Of a DNA stretch of 64,000 nucleotides, positions 1 through 14,600 are shown piece after piece. The notes beneath the pieces are model-generated. The model ran no database searches. It worked only from the letters and a program-made list of their open reading frames with translations, and was not told where the DNA came from. Position numbers and translations under genes: made by a program. The first letter of the stretch is position 1. Each line of letters opens with the position of its first letter. This DNA comes from the human T2T-CHM13v2.0 reference genome, Homo sapiens. Location: NCBI RefSeq assembly GCF_009914755.1, contig NC_060927.1. One strand, 5' to 3'.

Positions 1-531
1 GTTGCCCGGGGACTGGGGTGGGGAAGTGGGGAGTGGCTAAGGGGTGTGTGTACTTTCTGTAGGGGAGGGGGACTAAAACTGTTCTAAAACTAGACTGTGG
101 AGATGGTTGCACAACACAGTTAATATACTAAAGCCCATTGACTTGTACACTGTATTTTATGTATTTATTTATTTATTTTTGAGACAGGGTCTTGCTCTAT
201 CACCCAGGCTGGAGTGCTGTGACCCAATCTTGGCTCACCACAACCTCCACCTCCAGGGCTTAAGTGATCCTTCCACCCCAGCCTCCTGAGTAGCTGGGAC
301 CAAAGGCACATGCCACCACACCTGGCTAATTGTTGTATTTTTTGTAGAGACATTGTTTCGCCATGTTGCCCAGGCTGGTCTCAAACTCCTGACCTCAAGT
401 CATCCTCCTGCCTTGGCCTCCCAAAGTGCTGGGATTACAGGTGTGAGCCACTGTGCACGGCTGCGTTGTATACTTTAAATGGGTGAATTGTGTGGTAGGT
501 TAATTATATCTCAATAAAGCTGTTTAAAAAA
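1..531 (+). mobile_element. Old L1M (L1MB/MC/ME-type) 3' end, interrupted by an Alu
   Basis: G-rich tract, then ctgttctaaaactagactgtggagatggttgcacaac...tttaaatgggtgaattgtgtgg...tatctcaataaagctgtttaaaaa, a typical old L1 3' UTR ending with AATAAA and an A-tail remnant. Confidence 0.7.
160..461 (-). mobile_element. AluJ
   Basis: Antisense Alu dimer with (ATTT)n tail and J-type diagnostic sequence (gggcttaagtgatccttccacc). Confidence 0.9.
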
Positions 532-534
532 TGG

Positions 535-1110
535 AAGTTAAATCCTGTCACTCTTTTGCTCTCAACCCTCCAGTGGCTCCTCGATTTTCTTAGAGTGAGA
601 CTCAAATCCTCATGATGCTCTACCAGGCCCCAGGCCATCTTGGCATCCAGTTCCATCCCTGACCATATGCACATCTGCCCCAGCCACAATGGCTTCCCCA
701 CTGTGCCAGAGGTGTGCCAGGCACATTCCATTACTGGGTCTTTGCCCTGTCTGCTCCCACTGCTAGAGAAGCTCCATCCTTAGGCACCCTCCTGCTGGCT
801 CCCTTCTGCCTGACAAGTCACCTCCTTATGGACCTTCCCCTGCCACTCTATTTAGGATTACAGTCCTGGCTCCACCAGGCATTCCTGACTACATTGCCCC
901 TGTATTGCTTTACCCACAGCCCTCCTTGCTGCCTGGTATACCATATGATTTACTATTTTATAACATGTATTGTGCAGCTACCTCCAGTAGACATGAATAG
1001 ACATATCTAGAATGTAACCCTATGAGATCCAGGACTTTCTGTCTTCATCACTGCTTTATCTCCTTACTCAGAATAGGGCCTGGCATATAGCACATACTCA
1101 GTAAATATAT
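535..1110 (+). mobile_element. L2 3' fragment
   Basis: atcctgtcactcttttgctctcaaccctccagtggctcc...cctggcatatagcacatactcagtaaat matches the L2 3' end. Confidence 0.65.
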
Positions 1111-1647
1111 GCTAAAGACACACAAGATTGAGACTACATGGGGTAAACACTGTTAATTATTCCCAGCTCCCTCCTTCTGTCCTCACTGGCCATAATAGAG
1201 ACTGAAAAACCCAGGCCCTCATTTTCTTAGTTTACCTTCAGCCATAGCCCTTAGGACAGTTCAGGAAAAGGCTGCCAGGGAGTTTCTGGTAAAATGTTTA
1301 CTTCCCTGATGAGGAAAGAAGCCTAGGAGGAGAGAGAACCTCTCTGTTAGTGTCTTGTCTATATCTACCCAGTGCTTCCCACCTTTGAATGCTGATGTCT
1401 TTCCAGGATTTTTTTCTTTTCATGTACACACCATTTGATAAAATTAAAATGGGATTGTCCTCTCTATACACTGTTTGATACCTAGTTTTTTCCACTTAAT
1501 GTGCCATGGACCACTTGACTTATCTGTCCTTCTTAGTCTCCCATGGGGAGTGCTGACTTTGCCAATCTCTATTCATTCATTCTGCACTTGTTTCCTGGGT
1601 ACCTACTGTAATGACAATTGGCAAGACAGATCAAAAACTGTGGTGTA

Positions 1648-1953
1648 GGCTGGGAATGGTGGCTCACACCTGTAATCCCAGCACTTTGGGAGGCCAAGGC
1701 AGGAAGATTGCTTGAGCCCAGGAGGTTGAGATCAGCCTGGGCAACATAGTGAGACCCCATGTCTAAAAAAAAAAATTAGCTGGGTGTGGTGACATGTGCC
1801 TGTAGTCCCAGCTACTCGGGAGGATGTGGTAGGAGGATTGGTTGAGTTCAGGAGGTCGAGGCTGCAGCAAGCCATGATGGTGCCATTGCACTCTAGCCTG
1901 GGTGACAGGGCAAAATGCTGTCTCCAAAAACAAAAAACAAAAAACCAAAAAAA
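1648..1953 (+). mobile_element. AluJ
   Basis: Full dimer; gattgcttgagcccaggagg J-type motif; A-rich tail. Confidence 0.9.
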
Positions 1954-3173
1954 TGATGATGTGTCCTAGGCCCAGGGGGGCTGGGGCAAGGGATGATGGA
2001 TGGCTGGATCTGGCATGGGGGGGCGCTCCATGTATTCTCACTGAGGAAGAGGCAGGAAGGGATTTCAGGAAATGGGCCCAAGTTGCAGAGGTGGCTCAGT
2101 GATCATGAGGCTGTGGAGGCAGGCAGAGACCCTTTCTGTTCAAACCCTCACTGTTTTGACTGCAGACACTGGGTCTAGGTCTGCCTCTGCCAGGAGCTGT
2201 CTTGCTGGCAACAGTATATACCTCTGAATCTGGGAAGAAAAAGCCGTGGGGTGGTTTCATTCCTGTGCTTTCTGCATAATGTAAATGTAATTAATCATGT
2301 CTAGGGTGGTTATAATTTAGCATTTTTTTTTTTCATTTTTAGCAGTCTAATTAAATTCATTTAAGCTTTATAAGTAGTTATTTTAGAATTTTTCTTTGTA
2401 CCCCTACTGGTGTAGTGCTGAAAACTCACGATAAATATGTCTCAAGGTGGCTACTGCTGTTTTCAAAATGAATCTTAGAGACTATTCAAGTGAAAAGTAC
2501 TATTGTGTTACTACAACTTAAATTAGTCATAGAAAAAACTGGAGAAATATTTCTTGTGTCTTTCTTTTCAAAAACTTTTCAGTGCTTTAAAGAATTAGGA
2601 TGGGAACTCAGGTTAGCTGGGAAAAGTTGCTTGACAGGACGGGCAGGTGACTGTGGCGGTCAGTGCCTACTCCTAGGACGTGACTCTGCTTGGGTTTTCA
2701 GCTCTCCGATTTGGTAAAGAAGCCATATACACCCTTCTCTGTCTCTCAGACAGAAGCCTATTTGCTGCCATGTTGTGCGGAGCTCATTTTAATGGTGTAG
2801 TAATTCAGTTAGAAAACTGGGGTACTTAACCCTTTTACAAATGCTCTCCTCGCCGAGTTTACAAATCCCCTGTTAAAGTCAGAAAAACATTACGTAAAAT
2901 ATGGATTTTTAAAAACTCTATTAATAATCAAAGAAATGCAAATTAAGTCCACAACAAGATGCCATTTTTCTCCTACCCAATTGTCTAAGATGTATATCAA
3001 TGATTAATAGTGTTGTCAGTAGTGCTGGCAGAAGTTTGCATTGGTATAATCTCTATGAAGAATAATTGAACAGTTAGTAAAAAGAATGTCTTTTGGATAA
3101 CTTTTTCTTTTTTTTTAAAGGGAATTTTTTTTCTATGATCTTTGAACCAGAAACCTAGGAGTTACAAACCTAG

Positions 3174-3500
<327 letters not shown>

Positions 3501-3699
3501 TGGATCTTAATATATATATCTAGCAACCTGTATTATATGCAGATATATTAAATATACTCAGCATTCCAGATTATATAATGTGATGTACACGCCCACATAC
3601 CCCAGATAGCACTGGAAAGTTGATCAGAATTGACTGTGTTGTTCATTCAGCGGCTCTGTGAAACATCTCCTGTGGCCAGTCGTCCTTCCTTTCAGGTCT

Positions 3700-4050
3700 C
3701 TCGAGTTCTAGGCTGAGAAGAAAAGTGGCCTCCTGTACAGCTTCGCCTTCTGGAGCCTCAGGCGGAATCGGGACTGCTGGGAAGCTGTGCGGGGGCGGGT
3801 CCAGCAAGCCCTGGCAACGGAGATCTTCCCAGACGAGACAGAGCGACCGTTACTTCCCGGGCTGCTGTGGGTCTGGTGTCTGGCTCTGTGGCCCCGGGCT
3901 GCAGGGACAAAAGTGGCTGGTCTTCTAAGAGCACCAAGCTCAGCAAAGCCACCCGCTGCTCACAGGACCCACGCGTTCATTCCTACTCTTCTTTTGGTCT
4001 CACAAGAGCCACACTGCCCTTGGAATGGGCGTCAAGTCACAGCTCGGCGC
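3700..4050. promoter_or_regulatory. CpG-enriched, GC-box-containing promoter/enhancer-like element
   Basis: Non-repetitive with locally retained CpGs; GC box ggggcggg at ~3792-3799; ETS-like acttccc. Confidence 0.4.
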
Positions 4051-4212
4051 TTTCCTTTAGTCTTCTGCCATCTCTGCCTCCTTTTCAGCCATTTTCATCC
4101 GAAGTGTGGATCTGAAGCAAATGACCTAGAGAAGTTTCCTTCATCTGGTTGTTATTATTTGCTGAATTTTTTAAAAGAAACTTTTTAATACCTTCTTCTT
4201 TGCTACATTGTT

Positions 4213-4285
4213 CTATATGTAATAATTCATAATCCACATAGGAAATGCCTATATGTAATAATTCATAATCCATATAGGAAATGCC
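4213..4285. repeat. 36-bp tandem duplication (2 copies, 1 mismatch)
   Basis: ctatatgtaataattcataatccaCataggaaatgc followed directly by ctatatgtaataattcataatccaTataggaaatgc. Confidence 0.95.
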
Positions 4286-5912
4286 AGATAAGCCCCTTTA
4301 AGAAGAATGATGTGGGGTGCAATGTTAGGTTGCCCTTGGCGTCAGATAGCCTGGGTTCTGGGCCCAGTGCCCCCCCTTAGTAGCTACTGTGTGACCTAGA
4401 ATGAGATTGGGCCAGTCTCCTTCATAAACGTCCTTCTAATTTATTCCTGAAATTACCTCATTTGTTCTCTTCTTCACTTTCTGTCTCCCCACTCTAGAAA
4501 CATTGGCTTCTCAAGAGTAGGGGGACTCCTTCAGGGCTGTTCGCTGTGTTTATAGAGCACAGACGATTGACTCCCTGCCCTTGCTGGGCCTCAGTTTCCT
4601 CAAACACAAATAGGCATGATAACAATCCCTACCTACCTCATGTTAAATGGGCTTAATACATGCAGAATGCTCAGAACAGTGTCTGTCATGTGGTAAATCC
4701 TCAAGGAACAATGAATAAGGATTAAATTCTGCATCCTCCCACATAACTGAGAAAAGCCTGGTAGGAAATCAGGTTAATGGAGAGAAAAGACAGAGGGATG
4801 AGAGCAGCTCGAAGGAGATGATCATTTCTGCAGACATAGAATCCAAGTTGCCGTGTGAAATGGTAAGAGGTGGTTCCTTGGTCCGGAAGTCCCAAGAAAG
4901 AGTCACTGGTTTGGGGGAGGTGAAGTTGGCTAACCCACCTTCAGCAGTGAACCTGGGCAGCAGGCTGGAAGCTGGCTCTCCCTGCTGGCTGAATCCTGCT
5001 TCCGTGGGAGCCAGGAAGGTGGGTGGTTTCCTCTCTCTGACAGTCCACCGGTGACTCAGGTCTTCCAGAAACCTAGGACCATTAACACTTTAGTTCAAAT
5101 AGAATGAGTAGTTTAGGTAAAGACTATGTGAAGTCATCAGTGTCCAATGAGAGTGGCACTGAAACCTTCACCAACCTTGTTTAGAAGGAATTTTTCCCCC
5201 TAAGAGTGCATTTTGAGGCCTGAATAAGGAAGGCCACTGCTTGAGGCAAAATTTGACTTTTTCACTTGACTTCTGTGATATAAGCAGTAAAGTCCACTGG
5301 GATAAACCTTGACATTGATACCCAACAGAGAGAGGAGGGGTAGTTGGAAGCTAATTTGGCCTTCCTTTGAGGCAAAGGACCTCAGAGGGTTCATCAGCTC
5401 CCTATCAGCAGAGCAGGATGCCAAGGCCACGAAGGGCGGTGGCTTATCCAAGGTGTTTGGCTGGTGTAGCCAGGTTCTCAGACACCAAGCTAGAGGTGCA
5501 CCAAGTCCAGCTTCCCTGTCTTGTGGTTGAGAGAATGAAAGCAGGTGAAGTAGCCCATCCATGCAGCAAGGGCCCTTGCCCAAGAGGAACAGCTGGATCT
5601 GGGGTGTTCCCTGGGCAAGTACATCAGCACCAGGCTTCACCCACTGTGTCCCTGGTGCTGGAAAGGCCAGTTTACCAAAATGCCTGCCTACACTCAATTT
5701 TATCATCATTTAAAAGTTTGTTTCTAGTTGTATCTGAGACTAATAACAATTTATTTTTATTTTACCTTCAAGCAGTGTCAAAAACTAACACCAAGACCCT
5801 GAGCATTACACATAATGTTGATGTTGATTCATATTAAGATCTTCCTTTTCCTTCTGTGAGTAACTGTGCAAGGGCCTGGTGACCTACAGGGGTGAAAAAA
5901 ACAGTCAAAAAT

Positions 5913-6227
<315 letters not shown>

Positions 6228-6600
6228 TCATCTTCAGGGAGCTTCATGCTAATTGGGGAAGACAGATATTAAACAAGTAAATGAAAAACAACTTCAACAT
6301 ATCAAGTGCCATGAAGGAAATGAAGATTTCTGACTACCTTTGAGTCAGCAGATACCTGACTCAAGACATCTGTCTTTGACCTAGATGGTCCTCTAACCTC
6401 AGACTAGTCACTCAAAAATCAAACTTCTTTACCCCATTCTGACTTTTCCTTCTGACTTCCAGGTCTTTTAATAATAAGGTTAGCAATGCAAAGTGGCTCT
6501 TAATGTTTTTAGGGACAGGGACCGCTTTGAGAACATACTAAGTTATGAGTGTTCTTTGCTGAGACACACCCTTTTCTGCATACAGCTTTAGAGGACTTCA

Positions 6601-6960
<360 letters not shown>

Positions 6961-7289
6961 AACTCTGATCCTAGAGGAATAAAGAGACATGGAGAAATGA
7001 GTGTTCCAGCTCAGCTGCAGCTGTGTGTCCTGGAGGTGGAGACCAAATGCTTAGATTGACTTGTCTCTACAGCACTTTTTGTATTTCTATTGACGCTTTA
7101 TATTTTTGTTGACCTTAAGAGCAGATGTAATATAATATTAATTCTTCCAGTCATTCAACTTGTTTATTGATCTGACATACAAAGGAGTAAAGTAACTTGC
7201 TCAGGGTCACCAGCTAATTAGCAGAGTCAGAACTATAGCCCAGGTCTCCTTTTCCTCTAGATATCTGGAGCAATGCTCAGGGAAGATAA

Positions 7290-7600
7290 GTTTTGATGGT
7301 GGTTCAGTGTAGTGATGGTGTTGACAGCAGTGGCAATAATGATGGTGTCATCACTGGTAATAGTGATATTGTTGATGGTGATATGGCAGTGATGATGATG
7401 TTGGTGGTATTAGTGGCTATAACAGAGTAATTGTAGTCATTTGTAGTCATGGTATTAATGGTGGTGATTGTGGCAGTGGTGGGGTTCTTGGTGGTAGTAG
7501 TGGCACAGATAGAATTTTTGCTGGTGGTAGTAGTGGCAGTAGAGGGGTTGGTGGTGATGGTAGTAGTGGCAGTGTGGAAGAGTGGTGAATGTTGGAGATG
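7290..7600. repeat. Degenerate (TGG/TAG/TGA)n low-complexity tract
   Basis: Runs of ggtggtagtagtggcag and gatgatgatg. Confidence 0.8.
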
Positions 7601-8309
7601 AAGTGGAAATGGTAGGTAAGATCAAAATCCAGATTTTAGGAAATGCAAAGCAGTTATTCTGGTTGCTTTTCTGGCATTTATTTTTCTTTTCCTTGTTTTT
7701 TTTTTCTCTGTCTTTGTCCCTTACATTTTTGATATCACAGATACCTGCTTTCATCCAGGAGTTCTCTTTCCTTTGGATCTGCTTATTGTGTCTAGAATAA
7801 AAATATATATTATTAGAATGGCAGGCCATACATCTTTGCTTTGCTTTATAAATCATGAGTATGTTCTATTGTTATGGAACAAATACCTTTATTCTATAAA
7901 AATGCAGTCTTTTCAGAGCAAGGCTGTTAAATCTCCAGGAGTTCTTTTCAACTTGCGTGTTGCTGCACATGACCTAGCAAGCTGCAGTTATAGGATACCC
8001 AGAATGGAGAGACTGATAACAGCTATAATAATGACCCATGGGATGTGTTGACCTCCCTTCACCATTCTGTCCTCAGCATTTTAGCGCCTGTGGGATGAAT
8101 CTTGCCTTCATCTTCTGCTGGCATTAATACCAGAAAAAGTTCAATCCAAATGGGTATCAAGTGGTATATTTTTGGAGACACTGGTAGGGCTGTTATCATT
8201 GTCAGGCCAACTGCTAGTATTGTGTTGCGTTTCATCTCTGGCTGCTGTCTTATTCAGTTTTTTAATTTTTTATATTTTTTTTAGCTGTGTGGGTGAGCAC
8301 ATGGATGGC

Positions 8310-9130
8310 ATGCTGATCACATTTCCAGGCCACCATGAGGCAGAAGTAGAGCTAATAGACTGGATGAAAGAAGAATGAGCCAGAGCAATGCCGACAGTCT
8401 GCAAAGCCAGGTCAAGTTAGGCAACCTGGAGCATAACAGAGAAATGCAAAGTCCAGCCCTTGGGTCCAGACAAGTTACACAACGATGGCAGGTAAGGGCC
8501 TCAGCCTGAGTCTGGGAGAGAGATTCAGGTGCTGCGGTAAACTGCAGCCTTCAGGTGGGAGATGGCTGCCAAGAACGTGAAATTTGGGGTGGTGATTAGA
8601 GCTCTGTTGTGTTAGCTTTCACTGGGGGCTTGTGTTGAGTTTTCTTCAACACATTTGACAAACAGGGATGGAATTGAGGAGAGAGGTCAGAAAGGTGGGA
8701 CTGACGTAGGGTCTTGAAATGTCACATGAATCTTAGAGTGGGAGGCTAGACACCCGGAGCTCTGGTGAACTGTCATTGGCTAAAACATGATTCATTACAA
8801 TTTACGGAGAGCTCAACTAGCAGTGGTTAGGTGACAAAAACCTGATTATCTCATAAAACAAGATGTCTGGAGGTAAGCAGAAGGTTTGTTTATGATGTTT
8901 CAGAAGCAAAATTTGGGCAAATGTGCCAATTGGTAGGTTACAAGGAAGCCAGTTTTTGGTTCCACTGTAGTCAAGATTTTCTGATAACCACAGTTATCCA
9001 GAAATGGAGATGTGAAGCAGAATTAGCACCCACCTGGCAGGGACATAGTAAAAGGAATTCCTGTACCTGTTGGGGAGTAGGAGAGACAGGGGAGAGAACA
9101 GGCTTTTACACTGACCTGTGAGTTTCCTTC
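8310..9130 (+). mobile_element. Ancient L3/CR1-type LINE fragments
   Basis: aaatgcaaagtccagcccttggg resembles the KCKVLHLG segment of CR1 ORF2; CR1/MIR3-like 3' sequence near 8920-9130. Highly diverged. Confidence 0.4.
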
Positions 9131-10693
9131 CAACCAGGAGAGCCCATGATTCTAGTAATTAGTTTTTCCCCTTTGAATGTTCATTAGATAAATATGCTAA
9201 TTGAGATAAATTTCTACTGAGTGAGGTATAATTTCAAGTTGAACAGTATTTTTTATCTTTAGCATCATTGTATGAGATGCAGAGTTTGCTGTGGACTTGG
9301 GCCTATACTGTACTTTGTTTATAACTGTGATTTTTACAAGGACAGAGCGAGGAGGAACACATTCTTCCCTGAGGTAGGTTATGGGTGACATGAATATGGC
9401 CCACTAACTGGTATATTAAGTACTGATTTCAGGGGTCCCATGAATCTTCTTAGGCTTGCCACACTGAGACAGAGCATCAGCTAGGCAGAACCTCCTCTTA
9501 CACCCCTGATGTTTTATGCCCGGTAGGATAGCAGCAACCCTGTGTGGATCAGGGTATCAAGGAGAGAAGGGTGAATACAGCTGATTAAAAGAAATTGCTC
9601 TATTTCTCTCCAAATGAGAAATTTCTCATGGGTTCTAGTGTTTATGGCAAACATGATCTCTCATCTAAAGTCTCTGAAAGCTTCTTGGACAAAATTCTTA
9701 ATTTCCTACCGTCACTTAGTAAAAAGAAGGAAAGGACTTGGAACAGACACCGTTTGGCCATTCGCTTTCCTCTCCTCTTTCTACACTGCTACTACCTGTG
9801 TAGTCACAGCAGTTCAGTTTGTATTAGAAAACCCTATGCCCTACTCACAGTGATTGCAGGTGGGACCAGAAGTGTTCATCTGACCCATCAGATTCTTTCC
9901 TCAGGGAATTTGGAGTTGGGACATGGAGGAGCTAATCAGTTTCTGCTGGGTGTCTGGTCATTCTAAACAGTGTGGGTTGCCACCTTCTACCACGGGCTCA
10001 GAGAAACCTAAAGGAGAGGTGCAAAAAGAGACCATGTGGCCAAAGAGAGAGCCAAAGGCCTTGTCCACCTGCATCCAGCCACGCTATCAGTCCCTGCGCC
10101 CAGCTTCCTCCAAGACCCCTGAACATTTCCTAACTTTCTATTCTGTGCCATACCTCAGAGTCCACCCTGCAAGGCCACCCTATTTTGTTTAAGCTGGCTT
10201 GCATGGAATTTTGTTTTTTTATAGGAACTTGAGAGAGAGCTCATCCTTATAAGGGCCTAACAGGAAGTTAATATGAATTTTAAAAAGAACTGTATTGTTT
10301 TTTCCACATACAAAATGATAAAAATGCTCATTGCTACGAAAAAAAAGAGCATAAAAATGTATGTCTTAGGACGTGAAAATTGCCACAATAATCCTCCTTA
10401 GAGAAAATAGCTCTCGATAGTTTAGGGGTGAGAGCAATGAGTGAACACAAACAGGCATGAACCAGCCTTTCCTGGGCTCTGACCAGGGGCCACACGTTGT
10501 TCAAAGCACTCTAGCGGAATTAATTCCTTTAATCCTTACTATCAGGCCATGGTGTGGGACGAGTACCACCCTCCATCTAAGGATAAGGAAACTTAGACAC
10601 AAAGAGGTTGAAGGGGGAGACAGGATTTGAATCCAAGCAGTCAGGCTCTAAGCCTGGGCTCTTAACCGCCATGCTATACGAACTCTCATTTTA

Positions 10694-10744
10694 TTAGGCT
10701 GCTGCAAAAGTAATTGCAGTTTTTGCCATTGAAAGTATTGGCAA
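10694..10744. mobile_element. Truncated MADE1 (Hsmar1-derived MITE)
   Basis: ttaggctgctgcaaaagtaattgcagtttttgccattgaaagtattggcaa matches the MADE1 left arm and spacer; right arm lost. Confidence 0.8.
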
Positions 10745-10754
10745 GTAATGCTCC

Positions 10755-11250
10755 CTTATTTGTTGCCTATTGCTATGTAATGAATTACCATGAACTTACT
10801 GACAAACTCATACACATCTGTTATCTTACAGGGGCCAGACACCACTTAGCTGCATCCTTTGCTTCAGGGTATTTCATAGGTCAGTAATCAAGGAATCAGC
10901 CAAGGCTGGAGACTCATCTGAGACCCCATTGAGGAAGGATTCACTTCCAAACTCACACAGTTGTTGGTGGGATTTGGTTTCTTCTGGGCTCTTAAACTGA
11001 AGACCTCAGTTCCTTATGACTGTCAGTTAGAGGCCACCCTCCATTTCTTTTTATGTGGGACACTTCATAGGGCAGCTCTGCACACAGTAACTTGCTTCCT
11101 CCCAGCCAGCTAGGGACAGAGTGTGCCAGCAAGATGCAAACTCTGTCTGAAGGAACCAATCACACTGTGCTATCCCACCACTTTGCCATGTTCTGTAGGT
11201 TAAAAGCAAGTCACTAGGCCAGCCCACAGTCAGGGGAGGAAATTACACAC
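10755..11250 (-). mobile_element. MLT1-type MaLR LTR
   Basis: ctattgctatgtaatgaattacc...cttagctgcatcctttgcttcaggg...gcaagtcactaggccagcccaca, typical of antisense MLT1. Confidence 0.65.
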
Positions 11251-11319
11251 GAATGGGCCAGGGCACATTGAACATCATTCTTGGGATCTGTTCAGCACAC
11301 CCCTGCTTATCCTTTTAAC

Positions 11320-11645
<326 letters not shown>

Positions 11646-14600
11646 TAAGGGGACCACCACATGGCACCTTGAACTGGAGACAGCCAGGCTCACAGGGCAC
11701 AGTTGGCCTGACCCACCCACCCTGATGTCAGAGGAGAAGCTGGGCCTAAGGGAGAAAGCATGGGTCTGCTTATCTCCTCTTGCCTACTTTCCTGCTGGAG
11801 AAGAGAAGCCCAGGAAAGGGACTGAGAGATGGTGTGAGCCCCTGCTATGCCTGGAATAGGCAACGTGAGACCTAGGAGGCCTCGTGCACTTCCCCCACCT
11901 CCCTGCCCTCTAGGACACATGGTGCAGGGCAAGGCCAGCTCTCCTGGGGAGGCTGAGTGAGGAATGGAAGGAGGTGTGGGGCTTTGCTGCAAGTCTCCTC
12001 CTGGAGAGGAGAGAATTCTCCCTGACCCTTATCCTACAGAGAGTTTTGCACCTTACTTCTGTCACTAGACCAAATATATTTGGACATCTTTCTATGTCAG
12101 AGCATAGGGATCCAATCCATTCTGTTTAGTAGCCGCTTATGACTCCACTGCTTGGGTGGCCTGATGGATCCTGATCTCTAAGCACTCTGAGGCCTACCCA
12201 CTGCTTTTGCAGTGCATCAGTTCTGGTGGACCCTCAGAATTGCCCCATTGTGCTGGGTCATTGTGGAAGTGTGTGCTCTAAACATAAACCTCCTAAAAAT
12301 AGTCTTTCTGAGTTTGGTGCTTGTGTATCTCTCAGTGAATGTCTGCCAACTGGGGCCGCAAGGCTTCCATTAACAAGAATCTCTGAGCAGGTCCTGGGGC
12401 CTCCAAAGGAAGGAAGTGGAGTCAAGCCTCTGCCACTCCTTCCAGGGCTGAGGAGTGCTCTGCATTTGAAAAGGCGGGTGTGTGATACCCTGGATGATAT
12501 CCCTGTATGAGCTCATCTTCCAGGAATGAAAAGGAGGTGTTCTTTGCCTTCAGGCAGGTGAGACTTTTGCCCTGTACATTTGCTTCTATTGCACACTCAG
12601 TTGGCTCTTTCACTGTGCACACTACAATTAGTGAAGTCTGTTTCGTGCCTGCCACTCCAGGAACAGGCTTTAGACGGTCTTTCATGCCCCCTTTGCTTTA
12701 TTCAGGGTTTTCATAAATAATCTTTCTTCTCGCTTACCTTTTCTTTTCACCTACAATATCTGAAACCACGTAGAATGTTGCCTGCATACAGCTCAGCATC
12801 CTTGCACGGCTCCCCTGTTTAGTTAAAGTGGTTATAGTTTTAGCCTATTTATTAGTAAGTAGTTGTAATTTACTGAGGTGTTGGTGTGCAGCAGGCCTTA
12901 TGCTAAGCGCTTTGTTGGAAAAAGCTCCTGGAAGCTTCACCACAGACTGCTCTTTGAGATATTTTTGTCAGCCCCGTTTTACAGAGGAGGAAACCAAGGC
13001 TGAGGAAGTGACACACTCAAGGTCATTGAGCTAGAAAGTGGTTGTATCTGAATCTATGCCAGCTTAGAAAACCTCCATTTTTAAGCCCTCTGCCATGCAG
13101 AATTTTTGCCTCACCCCCTCTGTAGGTTCACTGTGGGTCCCCGTAAGAACAAGGTTATTCAGCTTCTCAGGAGGACAAGGAGAAATTGGAGAGCCTCCAG
13201 GGAAGGCCCTGGAAAGTGATTAAGAGGATAAGAGTGAGGCTGGTGAGAAAGATTAGAGGAATAAGAGAAATTTAATCTGGAGAAATAAATCCTAGGGGCG
13301 ATATTAATGGCATTCTACTGATGTCTTCATGAAAATCAATTAAAATATTTTTAAAAACAGGAGCCAGTCTACTAGTTTTATTACACGATGTGAAAGGAAT
13401 GATTTGACTATAATTTATTTAATTAGTTTAGCAAATATATACTATACAGCTACCATAGCCAGACTACAGAGTGAACAAGACAGGTGAGGACCCTCCTCTG
13501 GCAGAACTTACATTTTGGTGGCAGGGGTGGAAGAAGGAGGGAAGAGAGGCAGGCAGGATAAATGAGGAGAGGCTGTTCAAATGGGATCATTCCAGTCAGT
13601 GATATGTGCTGTGACAACACCATGGCAGGAAGATGGGCAAGCCAGTAACTGTAGGTGGCCTTCTCCCAGAAGGGGGCATTTGAATGGAGACCTTAAAGCC
13701 ATGTGAAGCTCTGGGGACAGAGTGGTCCAGGCAGAGGGACCTTGAAGTAGGAACAAGTTTGGCAAATACAAGAAACAGAAAGCAGAAGGGTGAGGCTGGG
13801 TGGCAATCTGGTGGGAGACCAAGCCAGAGCCTCACCATGCAGGGCCATAGAAAGCCACCAGGCAGAGCAGCTCTCCAGCTATGGGGGCAGGGATAATCCA
13901 CTGATGGACTGTAGGAGATCAGAGGGAGAGGCGTCTGTGTGAGAGATGCTGTGGCAGCATGGACGGGGGTGTCTGGGCCTTTGGGTCTGTCTTGTGTCGA
14001 TAGCACAGTGGGGAAATCGACGTGGATTCGATATTGGGGTGGGGAGAGGTGAGAGTAAAAACACTCAAGGATGACCATCAGGTTTTTGAAAAGAAGAATC
14101 AACTATTTTGTTGTCATTTTACTAGAGAGGGTTTTAAGAATACCTTCCTTGAAGGTTATTAAGCTAATACTCCCAAGCCATCCATTTATGTGACATTTGG
14201 GTCTCTGCATGTTTTCTTAGGGAGAGGATCCAACCTCTCTTCTGTTTCCTGGAAGGGAAAACCTCCCCCACACCACCTCCCAGCAACAGAAAGTTTGAGT
14301 TTGACCTAGACCAAATTCTCCCCACTCCACCTCATTTTGCAAGAAAGGAAACTGAGGCTGTGAAAGTAGGTTACAGAAGGTCACACCACATCTCGTTCTT
14401 GGCAGAGTCCTAAGTCTCCTGACTCCCCAGCCAGGGCTGTCTCTGCTATATGAGCTGTGCAGGGAGGCAGAGCGTTGAACAGACATTGATTCCATCCCTC
14501 CTAACCCAGATGAAAACAAGGACTCTTTCTATTTAGAGGTCAGTTCTCTGAGTTAGTGGCCTCAGCTCTCAGTGTCTTGTCTGCCTAATAGAAATTTAAG

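Noticed and set aside
5200-5837. Longest ORFs (169 and 156 aa, overlapping on opposite strands)
   Set aside because: No recognisable homology, no coherent splice signals, and some start at non-ATG codons; consistent with chance.
7455-7856. 133-aa His/Tyr-rich ORF
   Set aside because: Arises from a degenerate (TGG/TAG)n low-complexity tract and A-runs; no domain structure.
8059-8235. Minus-strand 58-aa ORF starting MKRNTILAVGLTMITALPV (signal-peptide-like)
   Set aside because: Short, with no good donor or downstream exon and no recognisable family; such hydrophobic starts occur by chance.
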